Of a stretch of DNA of 64,000 nucleotides, positions 38,978 to 49,091 are shown piece by piece. Position numbers and translations under genes: made by a program. The first letter of the stretch is position 1; the number at the start of each line of letters is the position of its first letter. The stretch comes from Patescibacteria group bacterium (lineage in GTDB: Bacteria > Patescibacteriota > Patescibacteriia > UBA1558 > UBA10009): NCBI GenBank assembly GCA_018818425.1, contig JAHISB010000018.1, positions 16,390-80,389 of the forward strand, given 5' to 3'. The notes under the pieces are model-generated. The model saw nothing but the letters and a program-made list of their open reading frames with translations, was not told where the DNA came from and ran no database searches.

Positions 38978-40402
38978 ATGCTTTACTTATTAATCATTAT
39001 TTTTTACCTGTTATTTACCTGGGTATCGCATCGAGATATCCGCTGGGGCATTTATTTAACTCTGTTATTTTTGCCTTCTTATCTGATTCGTTTTCAGATT
39101 TTAGGAATGCCGGCGACCCTTTTAGAAGGCATGATCTGGCTGCTTTTTATTGTCTGGCTTTTAAAACTTCGCCAAGAAAAAGGCCTGACCCTAAATCCAG
39201 TAAAATGGGTAAAGAACATCCTTAATCCTCAATCCTTAATCCTCAAAGAACAAAATCCAATTCCTAGATTTTTCAGATTACCGATGATTTTATTCCTCGC
39301 CGCCGCCACTATTTCGGCCTTTGTCTCCCCCCAGCTTCAGGCCGCTTTAGGCATCTGGAAAGCTTACTTTGTTGAAGCGCTGATGTTCTTTATTATTTTT
39401 ATCTATAACATCAGAACATCAGCACAGGTAAAACAGGTTATCAGGATTTTAGGAGTTTTGACGATTGTTATAGGGCTATTTGCCATTTACCAAAAACTGA
39501 CCGGGGATTTAATTCCCCACCCCTACTGGGCAGCCGAAGCCACCAGAAGAGTAACCACTTTCTTTGGCTATCCCAATGCCAATGCGTTATTGATAGCGCC
39601 GGTTTTGATGTTGACTATTGGCAATTTGTTGACTGATAAAAAATTTAAACTGATTGTCATTAATTTACTGGTTCTAATTCTTGGAATCTTAACGATTCTC
39701 TGGGCCGGCTCAACCGGCGCTCTGCTCGGCATTGCCGCCGGCCTAATCTGCTTCCTGCTCTTCTGCAAAAAAACCAGAATTATAACCATAGCGGTTTTAG
39801 CCATAGTTCTGATTGTCAGCTTCACTCAACTGCCGGCCGCAGACTACCTAAAACAAACAGCCGGCTCGCTAGTTTACACCGATCTGCCCCTGGTGCCTTC
39901 CGACGTCCAGATCCGCTACCAGCAATGGAAAGAAACTTTAACCATGCTCAAAGACACGCCGATTTTTGGCGCAGGTCTTAACGGTTATCAAACTTTAATG
40001 ATTCCCTATCATCAATTTTGGCATATTGAAATTTTTCTTTATCCTCATAATTTCTTTTTAAATTTTTGGTCAGAAACTGGACTATTGGGATTAATCTCAA
40101 TTATATGGATTTTAGTATCCTTTTTTATTATAAGTTTTAAGTTTTCAGTTTTTAATCTTAAATCAATAAAAAACTTAAAACTGAAGACTGAAAACTATAA
40201 TCAGAGTTTCACTTACCAAATATTGACTATTACAACGTCTTGCGCTATGATTACTCTCCTTGTTCACGGCCTGGTTGATGTTCCTTATTTTAAAAACGAT
40301 CTGGCGATATTGTTTTGGATAATAATCGGAATAATAATAATTTTATACAACGAACGGAGGCGTGCGAGAGTGGTTGAATCGGACGGTCCCGAAAACCGTT
40401 AG
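38978..40402 (+). CDS. O-antigen ligase / Wzy_C-family membrane protein; its 3' end reads 48 nt into tRNA-Ser
   Basis: Polytopic. The periplasmic loop with FGAGLNGYQ...H...FW resembles O-antigen ligase family proteins. An in-frame (ATCCTTAATCCTCA)2 repeat sits at 39219..39248. Confidence 0.6.
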   Translation: MLYLLIIIFYLLFTWVSHRDIRWGIYLTLLFLPSYLIRFQILGMPATLLEGMIWLLFIVWLLKLRQEKGLTLNPVKWVKNILNPQSLILKEQNPIPRFFRLPMILFLAAATISAFVSPQLQAALGIWKAYFVEALMFFIIFIYNIRTSAQVKQVIRILGVLTIVIGLFAIYQKLTGDLIPHPYWAAEATRRVTTFFGYPNANALLIAPVLMLTIGNLLTDKKFKLIVINLLVLILGILTILWAGSTGALLGIAAGLICFLLFCKKTRIITIAVLAIVLIVSFTQLPAADYLKQTAGSLVYTDLPLVPSDVQIRYQQWKETLTMLKDTPIFGAGLNGYQTLMIPYHQFWHIEIFLYPHNFFLNFWSETGLLGLISIIWILVSFFIISFKFSVFNLKSIKNLKLKTENYNQSFTYQILTITTSCAMITLLVHGLVDVPYFKNDLAILFWIIIGIIIILYNERRRARVVESDGPENR

Positions 40403-40444
40403 GCCAGCAATGGTCTCGAAGGTTCGAATCCTTCCGCCTCCGCC
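40355..40444 (+). tRNA. tRNA-Ser (anticodon CGA) with long variable arm and encoded CCA
   Basis: Acceptor arms GGAGGCG/CGCCTCC. Anticodon stem acggt/accgt with the loop ccCGAaa. Long variable arm. T-arm gaaggTTCGAATccttc. Discriminator G followed by CCA. Confidence 0.85.
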
Positions 40445-40568
40445 AGTACATTTTTTTATCAATAGACCCGATTGCCTATATTTTTCTTATATTTTTAAAG
40501 TTTTATGAAATACAAAAAAGTTCGACCCAAGCGGGATTCGAACTTTTTTATTATTCAATGCCGTAATT

Positions 40569-41627
40569 TTATACTTTCTGATATCTTGTCGCTCTGCCCT
40601 GGCCGATGCGTTCGATCTTTTTTAGTCGCAGCAAAACTTCCAATGCCTGCGAAACAGTCGGCCGCGGCACATTTGTCGCCCTGGTTATTTCTAAAGGCGC
40701 GGCTTCGCCCGTCTTTTCCAAATATTGCCAGACAGCAAGTTGTTTTGGTGACAACAATTTTTCAATATTTTCTTTGGACAAAAAATCAACGGCCATTTTA
40801 CCCTGCACCAAACAAATATTCAGAAAAAACTCCAGCCAATTCGCAATGTCAGGCTGTTTATTTTTTAAATTTTTCTGGCTTCGCCTCAAGGCAATATAAT
40901 AATCAGCCTTATTATCCTCAATTAATTTTTCATGCGATAAGTAAGGAGCATAGGCATAGCCGGTTTTTAACATTAATAAATTGGTTAGAATCCGGGACAG
41001 TCTGCCGTTGCCGTCCTGGAACGGATGAATGGCCAAAAATTCCACCAAAAAATTGCCGATGATTAACAACGGATGGATGGTTTTTAGGGCTAAAGCTTCT
41101 TTTGTCCAGTCAACCAGTTCCTGCATTTGTTTGGGCGTAAGATAAGCCGGGGTAGTGTCGAAAACAACGCCGATTGATTTTCCAGACGCGTCAAACATTT
41201 CCACCTTATTTTCGCCTTTCTTGTACTCGCCCAAATGCCCCTTGTCTTTATCAGAGTATTTAAGCAGTTCTTTATGAAAATGTTTGATGGCGCTTTCAGT
41301 AAAAGATATGTGCTGCCAGGAGTTAAAAGTATTCTCCAAAAGTTCGTAATATCCTTTAACTTCCTGCTTGTCCCTATTGCTGAATTTTTGGGTTTTAAAG
41401 CCACGGATAAACGCCTCAACCTCTTCATCCGTCATTTTAGCTCCTTCAATGCGCGTCGAAGCTCCCGCAGAAGTGATGAGGGTCCAGCGCTTTAAACGCC
41501 CCAAGGCTTGCGGGTTTAATTTAACCCCCCCAATCCACTGGCCTTTTAACAGATCGATTTGGTTGATTAAAGACCAGATTTTTTCAGAAATATTGCTGAT
41601 TCTTTTGTTATATTGGTTCATAATCAT
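40569..41627 (-). CDS. Fic family protein
   Basis: Fic motif HPFQDGNGRLSR, plus a C-terminal winged-helix DNA-binding region. Confidence 0.85.
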   Translation of the reverse strand: MIMNQYNKRISNISEKIWSLINQIDLLKGQWIGGVKLNPQALGRLKRWTLITSAGASTRIEGAKMTDEEVEAFIRGFKTQKFSNRDKQEVKGYYELLENTFNSWQHISFTESAIKHFHKELLKYSDKDKGHLGEYKKGENKVEMFDASGKSIGVVFDTTPAYLTPKQMQELVDWTKEALALKTIHPLLIIGNFLVEFLAIHPFQDGNGRLSRILTNLLMLKTGYAYAPYLSHEKLIEDNKADYYIALRRSQKNLKNKQPDIANWLEFFLNICLVQGKMAVDFLSKENIEKLLSPKQLAVWQYLEKTGEAAPLEITRATNVPRPTVSQALEVLLRLKKIERIGQGRATRYQKV

Positions 41628-41946
41628 GTTGTTAATCTTATACTTTAACTATATGAGATTATATATGATTTATTAAAGTAAAGCAAATATTAATTTTTGA
41701 CCTCTTGTGGAGCTTGCTAATATTAGATAAAATGCAAGAGTGGCGAACCCGCGTAGTTCGGTTCCCACCCTCTCCACCATCGCCACGCTGAAGCTTTAGC
41801 GAAAGCGGGCCACCATCGCCGCTCGTGGTCTTCGACCATTCTCCTAATAAATTTATAAATTATTGAGAAGTCGAGTGCTTCGAGCGACCTTGAGCGAGCG
41901 TAGCGAGTCGAAAGGGAGTCGAGAAGCCAACATCCGCTTTTCAGCT

Positions 41947-43446
41947 ATGAATTCAAACACCAATTTAAAAATCCTTCTGGTTTATCCTAAATTCCCGGAA
42001 ACTTTCTGGAGTTTTAAATATGCTTTAAAGTTTATTATTAAAAAAGCCACTAACCCGCCCTTAGGGCTTTTGACGGTTGCGGCCATGCTGCCAACAGCAT
42101 GGGAGCAAAAGCTGATTGATCTGAACATTACCACCATGGAAGATAATGACTTAAAGCAAGCTGATTATGTTTTTCTTTCAGCTATGTCCATTCAACAAAA
42201 TTCAGCCAAAGAAATTATTTCAAGATGCCGGCAATTAGGCGTCAAGGTCGTGGCTGGCGGACCGCTTTTTACCAATAATCAAGAGGAGTTTAACGAGGTT
42301 GATTATTTGGTGCTTAATGAAGCCGAGCTTACCTTGCCCCGGTTTCTGGAAGATTTAAAAAAAGGCTCGCCCCAGCATCTCTACCAAACAGATCAATGGG
42401 CCAATTTAGAAACTACTCCTCTGCCCCTCTGGCGCCTGGCAGATATTAAAAAGTATGCTTCGTTAAACATTCAATACTCGCGCGGCTGTCCTTTTAACTG
42501 TGAGTTCTGCGATATTACTTTGCTTTATGGACACCGGCCCAGAACTAAAACTAAAGAACAGGTAATGGCCGAGCTGGACAGTCTTTATGAGCAGGGCTGG
42601 CGCAGCAGCGTCTTTTTTGTTGATGATAATTTTATCGGCAATAAAGATAAATTAAAAAAAGAAATTCTGCCGGCCATTACCGCCTGGCAACAGCGGAAAA
42701 AATACCCCTTTACTTTTTTAACCCAGGCCTCCGTCAACCTGGCGGACGATGAGGAGTTAATCCGGCTGATGGTCGAAGCGGGCTTTAATACCGTTTTTGT
42801 CGGCATAGAAACCCCGCACGAAGAAAGCTTAGCTGAATGCGCCAAATACCAAAATAAGAACCGCGATTTAATCGCCAATGTTAAAAAAATTCAGCGGCTG
42901 GGCTTGCAGGTGCAGGCCGGCTTTATCCTGGGCTTTGACAGCGACCCCTTATCAATTTTTGAAAAACAAATTAAATTCATTCAAAACAGCGGGATTGTTA
43001 CCGCCATGGTCGGCCTTTTAAACGCCCTTAAAGGCACCAAGCTGTATCAACGTTTAGATGCTGATCGCCGGCTGTTAGCCGGCATCACGGGCAATAACAC
43101 CGATTTTTCCATAAACTTTATTCCTAAAATGAACCGCCAAACCTTGATGGAGGGCTACAAAAAAGTATTAAGCACAATTTATGCGCCAAAATATTATTAT
43201 AAAAGGGTTAGAACTTTTTTACGGGAATACCAGCCGAGGCAGAAGATAAAATTCAAAATTAACGGCCGCGAGTTATGGGCCCTTGGCAAATCAATTATCT
43301 ATTTAGGCATAATCGGCAAAGAAAGATTCCAATATTGGAAGCTTGTTTTTTGGACCATCTTTACCCGGCCCAAACTTTTCCCCCTGGCGGTAACCTTATC
43401 GATTTACGGCTTTCACTTTAGAAAAATTTTTGAAAAATATCTATGA
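41947..43446 (+). CDS. B12-binding domain radical SAM protein
   Basis: N-terminal cobalamin-binding-like domain, then the CPFNCEFCD radical-SAM cluster. Start moved to the Met (MNSNTNLKILL); the upstream part of the ORF is translation of GC-rich repeats. Confidence 0.75.
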   Translation: MNSNTNLKILLVYPKFPETFWSFKYALKFIIKKATNPPLGLLTVAAMLPTAWEQKLIDLNITTMEDNDLKQADYVFLSAMSIQQNSAKEIISRCRQLGVKVVAGGPLFTNNQEEFNEVDYLVLNEAELTLPRFLEDLKKGSPQHLYQTDQWANLETTPLPLWRLADIKKYASLNIQYSRGCPFNCEFCDITLLYGHRPRTKTKEQVMAELDSLYEQGWRSSVFFVDDNFIGNKDKLKKEILPAITAWQQRKKYPFTFLTQASVNLADDEELIRLMVEAGFNTVFVGIETPHEESLAECAKYQNKNRDLIANVKKIQRLGLQVQAGFILGFDSDPLSIFEKQIKFIQNSGIVTAMVGLLNALKGTKLYQRLDADRRLLAGITGNNTDFSINFIPKMNRQTLMEGYKKVLSTIYAPKYYYKRVRTFLREYQPRQKIKFKINGRELWALGKSIIYLGIIGKERFQYWKLVFWTIFTRPKLFPLAVTLSIYGFHFRKIFEKYL

Positions 43447-43585
43447 AAAATATGCCGATTTTATAATCAAAAACGACCTTGCTCAAGCCATACCGATTAT
43501 TAAAAAATTGATGGTCAATTGACTTTTAATGTTACCTTCCCTCTCCTCCTTCGTTATATATGATAGAAGATATCTTTAAAATTCC

Positions 43586-44146
43586 ATGGAAGTAAACGAA
43601 CAACAAATTATTATCAATTGTCAGCAGGGCAATTTAGAGGAATTTAGCCGTCTTTACGACAAATATATCAAAAAAATCTATAATTTTGTCTATTACAGAA
43701 CGCACCATAAAGAAACAGCTGAAGATTTAACCAGCCAAACTTTTACCAAGTGCTTGGAAAATCTTAACAAATTCAGCGATAAAAAGGGAACATTCTCTTC
43801 CTGGCTCTACCAGATTGCCCGTAATACAGTGATTGATTATTACAGGACCTTTAAAAAAGAAACTGATATTGACGATGTTTGGGATTTACAGACTGATGAT
43901 GATGCGCCAAGAGATGTTGATACCAAAATGAAGCTTGAAAAAATTGCCGAATATCTAAAACTTTTAGACAAAGAGCAAAGAGATTTAATTATCATGCGGA
44001 TCTGGGACGGTTTATCTTACAAAGAAATTGCCGCCATTGCCAAAAAGAGTGAAGCTTCGCTAAAGATGATGTTCTCCCGAACTATAAAAAGATTGAAAGA
44101 AAAAGATGCGCTGGCCCTGATACTCTTGTTGCTATTAATTGAATAA
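43586..44146 (+). CDS. ECF-subfamily RNA polymerase sigma-70 factor
   Basis: Region 2 (FVYYRTHHKETAEDLTSQTF, YQIARNTVIDYYR) and region 4 (LSYKEIAAIAKKSEASLKMMFSRTIKRL). Confidence 0.85.
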   Translation: MEVNEQQIIINCQQGNLEEFSRLYDKYIKKIYNFVYYRTHHKETAEDLTSQTFTKCLENLNKFSDKKGTFSSWLYQIARNTVIDYYRTFKKETDIDDVWDLQTDDDAPRDVDTKMKLEKIAEYLKLLDKEQRDLIIMRIWDGLSYKEIAAIAKKSEASLKMMFSRTIKRLKEKDALALILLLLLIE

Positions 44147-44238
44147 ATATTTACCAATTCGCAATTATTCGAGAATTAGCGACATATTCGCGGGGTAAAT
44201 TCGAGATTTATTAGCATTATATTCGTAATAAAAAATAT

Positions 44239-45768
44239 ATGAACAACGAAATTCAAAAAATTCTGGAAGATTTATATCAGATTGACAAAAGTTTCAGAAA
44301 ATACGAAAAGCAGCTTATTAAAATAATTAACGAACTTATGGTTTCACGGCCGGAAACAAAGTTCGATGAAAACTTTCGGCAAGAGCTTAAAACTAAACTT
44401 TTATATCGAGCCGAAGAATTAATGAAAAAGGGGAATAAATTAACCTTTAATCTTATGAACTTAAAAAATATCTATTACTTGGCAGGGGTTGTTGCTATCT
44501 TGCTCTTAATTATTGTTCCGACTATTTACTTAACCAAACAAGGCGCAGTTATCCCCTTAAGTTTTAATCTTAATATTTCTAAAACTTCCGACAACGCTTT
44601 CGGCTCTTTGTCAGCTGAACAAGGGGATAAATCAGCAAATTTAACAGCAGAAGACGGTATTGGAGCAGCCGCTCCGATTGTTGCCTCTGAAAATATTAGA
44701 GTTCAGGGTGGCGGCGGTGGCGGCTACGCCATGCCTGCGCCTGACTTTATCAGCTACAGCTATATCTACAGCGGCGGCGAAATAACTGTGCCGGCCGATA
44801 AAATGGAGGTTTTAAAGAGAATCAAAGAAGCCGGCCTGGGCCCGAATCTGGAAGCTTTTTTAGAAAAATTCAGCTTTGATTCAGTAGACTTGGGCAAGTT
44901 TGCCGGCTCCAAACTGCAAAACATCAGCTTTGCCGAAAACAAGGAATTCGGCTATATAATAAATATTAATATGGAAGAAGGTGCCTTGGTAATTTACGAA
45001 AACTACCTTAAATGGCCCAATCCTTTTAAAGACTGCGGGGATGAAAAATGCTACCAGCAGAATCAATTAAAAATTTCCGACATTCCAGATGATCAGACTA
45101 TAATAAATATTGCCAATAAATTTGTAAACGAATACGGCATCAATACCAACGGTTATGGTCAGCCGGTAGTCGACAGCCGCTGGCGCCAATCCTACGAAAG
45201 CTATCCCGACCAAGAAAACTTTTATGTGCCCGACACCCTTAGCGTAATCTATCCTCAAACTATTAATGGCCAGCCAGTTTACGATGAATCCGGCTATGAG
45301 CAGGGTTTAACTATAAATATTAATATCAGATACAATAAGGTCAGCAACGTTACCAACTTCTTTTCCCAAAACTACCAGAGCTCCGCTTACCAAACGGCTG
45401 ATGCCGATACCATAAAAGCCTCGGCCGAAAACGGCGGCTACCATAACTATCTCTACTATGATGCTTCCGGCCAAACCGATGAGCTGGAGCTGGGCAGCCC
45501 TGAACTGGCTTATATAAAAATCTGGAACTACCGCAGCGGCCAAACCGATGAGCTGATTGTGCCCGCCTATATTTTCCCCCTTCTTAACCCGCCGGCAGCG
45601 CCGGGCTTCTATAAAAAAAACGTGGTCGTGCCGCTGATTAAGGAACTGCTTGAAGCTGACGAATCCAGGCCGATTATTGAACCAATGCCTTTGCTTAAAG
45701 AAAGTTCCGCCACCGCGCCGAGCCAAGACCAGCCCGCCGAAACTGTGATTGATACAACTGACGAATAA
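44239..45768 (+). CDS. single-pass membrane protein, putative anti-sigma factor
   Basis: Immediately downstream of the ECF sigma gene. A cytoplasmic N-terminus of about 85 aa, one TM helix (IYYLAGVVAILLLIIVPTIYL) and an extracellular domain of about 400 aa. The assignment is positional only. Confidence 0.4.
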   Translation: MNNEIQKILEDLYQIDKSFRKYEKQLIKIINELMVSRPETKFDENFRQELKTKLLYRAEELMKKGNKLTFNLMNLKNIYYLAGVVAILLLIIVPTIYLTKQGAVIPLSFNLNISKTSDNAFGSLSAEQGDKSANLTAEDGIGAAAPIVASENIRVQGGGGGGYAMPAPDFISYSYIYSGGEITVPADKMEVLKRIKEAGLGPNLEAFLEKFSFDSVDLGKFAGSKLQNISFAENKEFGYIININMEEGALVIYENYLKWPNPFKDCGDEKCYQQNQLKISDIPDDQTIINIANKFVNEYGINTNGYGQPVVDSRWRQSYESYPDQENFYVPDTLSVIYPQTINGQPVYDESGYEQGLTININIRYNKVSNVTNFFSQNYQSSAYQTADADTIKASAENGGYHNYLYYDASGQTDELELGSPELAYIKIWNYRSGQTDELIVPAYIFPLLNPPAAPGFYKKNVVVPLIKELLEADESRPIIEPMPLLKESSATAPSQDQPAETVIDTTDE

Positions 45769-45858
45769 TACATCAGAATAATTAAAAACCCCCGACTTGC
45801 TCTGAGGGTTTTTGATATTTATAAGTGTCTGTCCGTTTTTTATTTGCTAAAAAAATCA

Positions 45859-45888
45859 ATTGTCAAAATATTTAAAAAATTGTATAAT
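45859..45888 (+). promoter_or_regulatory. sigma70-like promoter TTGTCA-N17-TATAAT upstream of galU
   Basis: Direct read: aaTTGTCAaaatatttaaaaaattgTATAATaac. Confidence 0.4.
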
Positions 45889-45902
45889 AACATCATCTTA
45901 TT

Positions 45903-46787
45903 ATGATTAAAAAGGGTTCAAAACAAACAATCACCAAAGCCATTATTCCGGTGGCTGGCTATGGCACCAGGTTTTTGCCGGCCACTAAAGCCCAGCCCAA
46001 AGAAATGCTGCCCATAGTTGATAAGCCGGTGATTCAATATATTGTAGAAGCGGCAGTGGCCGCCGGCATTAAGGAAATTATTATTGTTACCAGCACCAAT
46101 AAAAGGGCGGTGGAAGACCATTTCGACAGATCGCCGGAGCTGGAAAAATGGCTAGCCAAATCGGGCAAAAAACAGCTGTTAGAAGAACTGCGCTATATTC
46201 CCCGCATGGCCAACTTTGTTTACATCCGCCAAAAAGGCCCGATCGGCAATGGCACGCCGGTTTTAAACGCCAAGCCCCTGATCGGCAACGAACCCTTTGC
46301 GGTTTTTTACGGCGATGAATTTTATACCGGCAAAACTTCCTGGATAAAGCAGATGATAAAAGTTTATGAAAAATATCAGGATCCGGTCATGGCTTTAGCC
46401 AAAGTAACTAAAGAAGAGACTAATCGTTATGGCATTGTTGACGGCATTGAAGTGGATAAGAATATCATTGAAATAAAAAGTATTGTTGAAAAGCCAGGCC
46501 CTAAAAAAGCCAAATCCAACTTAGCCAGCATTGGCGGCTATATCTTGACTCCTGATATTTTTCCAATTTTAGAAAATTTAAAGCCGGGCAAGGGCGGAGA
46601 AGTTTGGCTGGCAGATGCCGTAAAAAAATTAAGCCAAGAACGCCCGATTTATGGCTGTGAAATCAACGGCAAGCTTTATGATGCCGGCACTATTATGGGC
46701 TGGCTTAGAGCCAATGTGGAACTGGCCTTGGAACATAACAAAACCGGCGGCGAGTTTAAAAAATATCTGCGCCAACTAAAATATTAA
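45903..46787 (+). CDS. galU: UTP-glucose-1-phosphate uridylyltransferase
   Basis: [40 protein letters not shown] is the GalU signature. Confidence 0.9.
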   Translation: [294 protein letters not shown]

Positions 46788-46791
46788 AACT

Positions 46792-48162
46792 ATGAAACAT
46801 AAAATAAAATTCCTTGTTTTGATCTTGACGGGAATTTTGCTGATAACCTCTGGCTTTTCCTGCAAACTTTTTCCCAGTAAACAAGCATCAGTATCCTTAA
46901 CCCAGACTATTAATTTAGAATACTGGGGCGTTTGGGACGAAAGCGCCGACCTGCAGCCGATTATTAATGATTTTAAAAACCAGCATCCTAATATTAATAT
47001 TACTTACCGCAAATTCCGCTACCAGGAATACGAACAAAAACTGTTAGAGGCCTGGGCCGAAGACAGGGGGCCGGATTTATACAGCATTCCCGTTGAATGG
47101 TTAAAAAAATACCAGAATCGCATTACTCCCCAGCCCGCCAAAGTTCAGCTGGCTTTTCAGGAAGTTAAAAAAACACTGGGCAAAACCGAAATCAGCACCA
47201 TTGTCAGGCAGATTCCCGCCTTTACCAGCTATGATATCAAAAACCAGTTTGTAGACACTGTTTATAACGATGTGATTATTGATGGCCAAATCTATGGTTT
47301 GCCTTTAAGCGTTGACAATTTGGCTTTATTTTATAACCGCGACCTTTTGGATGCCGCCGGCATTGCCACTCCGCCAACCAACTGGACCGAAGTCAAAGAA
47401 GCGGTTAAAAAAACCACAATTTTAAATTCACAAAATAACATTATTCAGGCCGGCATTGCCCTGGGTACGGCCGAAAATATTCCCCGGGCCGTTGATATTG
47501 TTTCTTTATTAATGATGCAAAACGGCGCCCAAATGATGAAAGGCAACAGCGTAAGCTTTCAGGAAGGCGAGTCATCCGGCTTTATACCAGGCCTGGAAGC
47601 TTTAAAATTCTATATTGATTTTGCCGACCCCATTAAAGAAGTTTATTGCTGGCACGAAAATATGCCCAATGCCCTGGATGCTTTTATTGAAGGCAAGGTA
47701 GCTATGGTTTATGGCTATTCTTATCAACTGCCGGTTATTAAAGGCCGCTCGCCCAAACTGGATATTGGCATTGCGCCCATGACGCAGATTCAAGGCAGTA
47801 ATGCCTCTATTAATTATGCCAATTACTGGGTAACCACCGTCTCTCATAAAGTTAAAAATGTTGATGCTGGCTGGGGCTTTTTAAACTTTGCCGCCAGGGA
47901 TATAGAAGTCAAAAAATATCTGGAAACCACCCAGCGGCCAGCCGCTTTAAGGACTGTCATTAATCAACAAAAAACCGACCCGGAACTGGCTGTTTTCGCC
48001 GAACAAGCCCTGACTGCCACCCATTGGTATAATGGCAGCGATGCTTTAAAAATGGAAGAAATATTTTTAAAAATGATAGAAGATTTTCCCCAGGCCACTA
48101 CTCCGGAAGGACTAATTAATATAATGACTAACGCGGCTCAACAAATCAATCTTACTCTATGA
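46792..48162 (+). CDS. extracellular solute-binding lipoprotein (SBP family 1, sugar type), orphan (no permease or ATPase nearby)
   Basis: Signal peptide with a lipobox-like SGFSC, then sugar-SBP-like blocks. No ABC permease or ATPase genes are adjacent. The stop overlaps the start of the first pilin-like gene (ATGA). Confidence 0.7.
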   Translation: MKHKIKFLVLILTGILLITSGFSCKLFPSKQASVSLTQTINLEYWGVWDESADLQPIINDFKNQHPNINITYRKFRYQEYEQKLLEAWAEDRGPDLYSIPVEWLKKYQNRITPQPAKVQLAFQEVKKTLGKTEISTIVRQIPAFTSYDIKNQFVDTVYNDVIIDGQIYGLPLSVDNLALFYNRDLLDAAGIATPPTNWTEVKEAVKKTTILNSQNNIIQAGIALGTAENIPRAVDIVSLLMMQNGAQMMKGNSVSFQEGESSGFIPGLEALKFYIDFADPIKEVYCWHENMPNALDAFIEGKVAMVYGYSYQLPVIKGRSPKLDIGIAPMTQIQGSNASINYANYWVTTVSHKVKNVDAGWGFLNFAARDIEVKKYLETTQRPAALRTVINQQKTDPELAVFAEQALTATHWYNGSDALKMEEIFLKMIEDFPQATTPEGLINIMTNAAQQINLTL

Positions 48163-49064
48163 TAAAATTTATCAAAATAAGTTTAGGTTTTTCAATTCTA
48201 GGTCTGGTGATTTTACCAGGGCTGGCTTATGCCCAAATCCTGCCTCCCTGCACCGCCACCGGCAACTGCGGCATTTGCGATTTTTTGCAGACTTTTGTCA
48301 ATATAATCCGCTGGGTTTTGGGCATTCTGGGCGGCAGCGCTTTATTTTTATTAATTTGGCACGGCTTTACCTGGCTCTCTTCCGCCGGTAATAAAGAAAG
48401 GGTGGATGCGGGCAAAAAGGGCTTGATTCATACTGTTATAGGCCTGGTAATTATTATTGGTTCTTGGTTTTTGGTTAACTTAACTTTAGTTTTACTATTA
48501 ACTTCCACTGAACAAGCCAGCCAGGGGCAAGTGGTCCAATCGTTATTCAGCGGCAATGTGCCCTGGTACCAATACTGCCAAGGCGCTGGCAATGCTTTTT
48601 GCCAGCAGGGCTGGGGCGAAGGCACGCCCTGCGGCAGTGGCAAATTCTGCTTGAAAAGAGTCGGCAGCGATAATAAACCTGAAACCACCTACTCGTGTAG
48701 CAATAAAGGCGCCAATAATCAGACTGAATACGAAAATGCCTGCCATTACTGGGCCTGCCACCCGACCAGAAAGGAGTATCAATATTACAACTGCGTGAGC
48801 GATGCTAATGATTGCGTTTCTGGGAAAATTCTCGGGCCGGAATATTGCAGCGGGTCCGGCATGGTTTGCTGCGAACGTCAAGACAAGCAAAAATATCAGT
48901 GTCCGGGCGTTTCTCAATCAGAATTAAGTTCATGTTTTTCAGTTAGTTACATCTCTCAAGATAGCTGCGAAGAGGAATGCCCTGACTGGTGTGAAAGTCA
49001 AAACTGCCCTAATTATCAATGCGAAGAATCTTCTCCCTCATATCAATGTAATTGTAGCGAATAA
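48159..49064 (+). CDS. pilin-like array member a: TrbC/VirB2-like two-helix core + 190-aa Cys-rich C-terminal domain
   Basis: Signal peptide, LLIWHGFTWLSSAGNKERVDAGKK loop, a second hydrophobic helix, then a domain with more than 25 Cys. Confidence 0.6.
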   Translation: MIKFIKISLGFSILGLVILPGLAYAQILPPCTATGNCGICDFLQTFVNIIRWVLGILGGSALFLLIWHGFTWLSSAGNKERVDAGKKGLIHTVIGLVIIIGSWFLVNLTLVLLLTSTEQASQGQVVQSLFSGNVPWYQYCQGAGNAFCQQGWGEGTPCGSGKFCLKRVGSDNKPETTYSCSNKGANNQTEYENACHYWACHPTRKEYQYYNCVSDANDCVSGKILGPEYCSGSGMVCCERQDKQKYQCPGVSQSELSSCFSVSYISQDSCEEECPDWCESQNCPNYQCEESSPSYQCNCSE

Positions 49065-49091
49065 ATAATCAGCTTTTAACTTTTTAACTAT

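Noticed and set aside
40505-41062. 185-aa plus-strand ORF (and the ORF at 40606..40899)
   Set aside because: Both are antisense to the well-supported Fic gene 40569..41627 and have no recognisable features.
41740-41830. Possible tRNA (ggttccc T-loop-like segment, ccaccatcgcc repeats)
   Set aside because: No acceptor stem or anticodon arm could be folded. It looks like another GC-rich intergenic repeat.
41863-41946. N-terminal extension of the radical SAM ORF (MRSRVLRATLSERSESKGSREANIRFSA)
   Set aside because: It is a translation of the GC-rich GAAGTCGAG repeat block. The start was moved to the Met at 41947.
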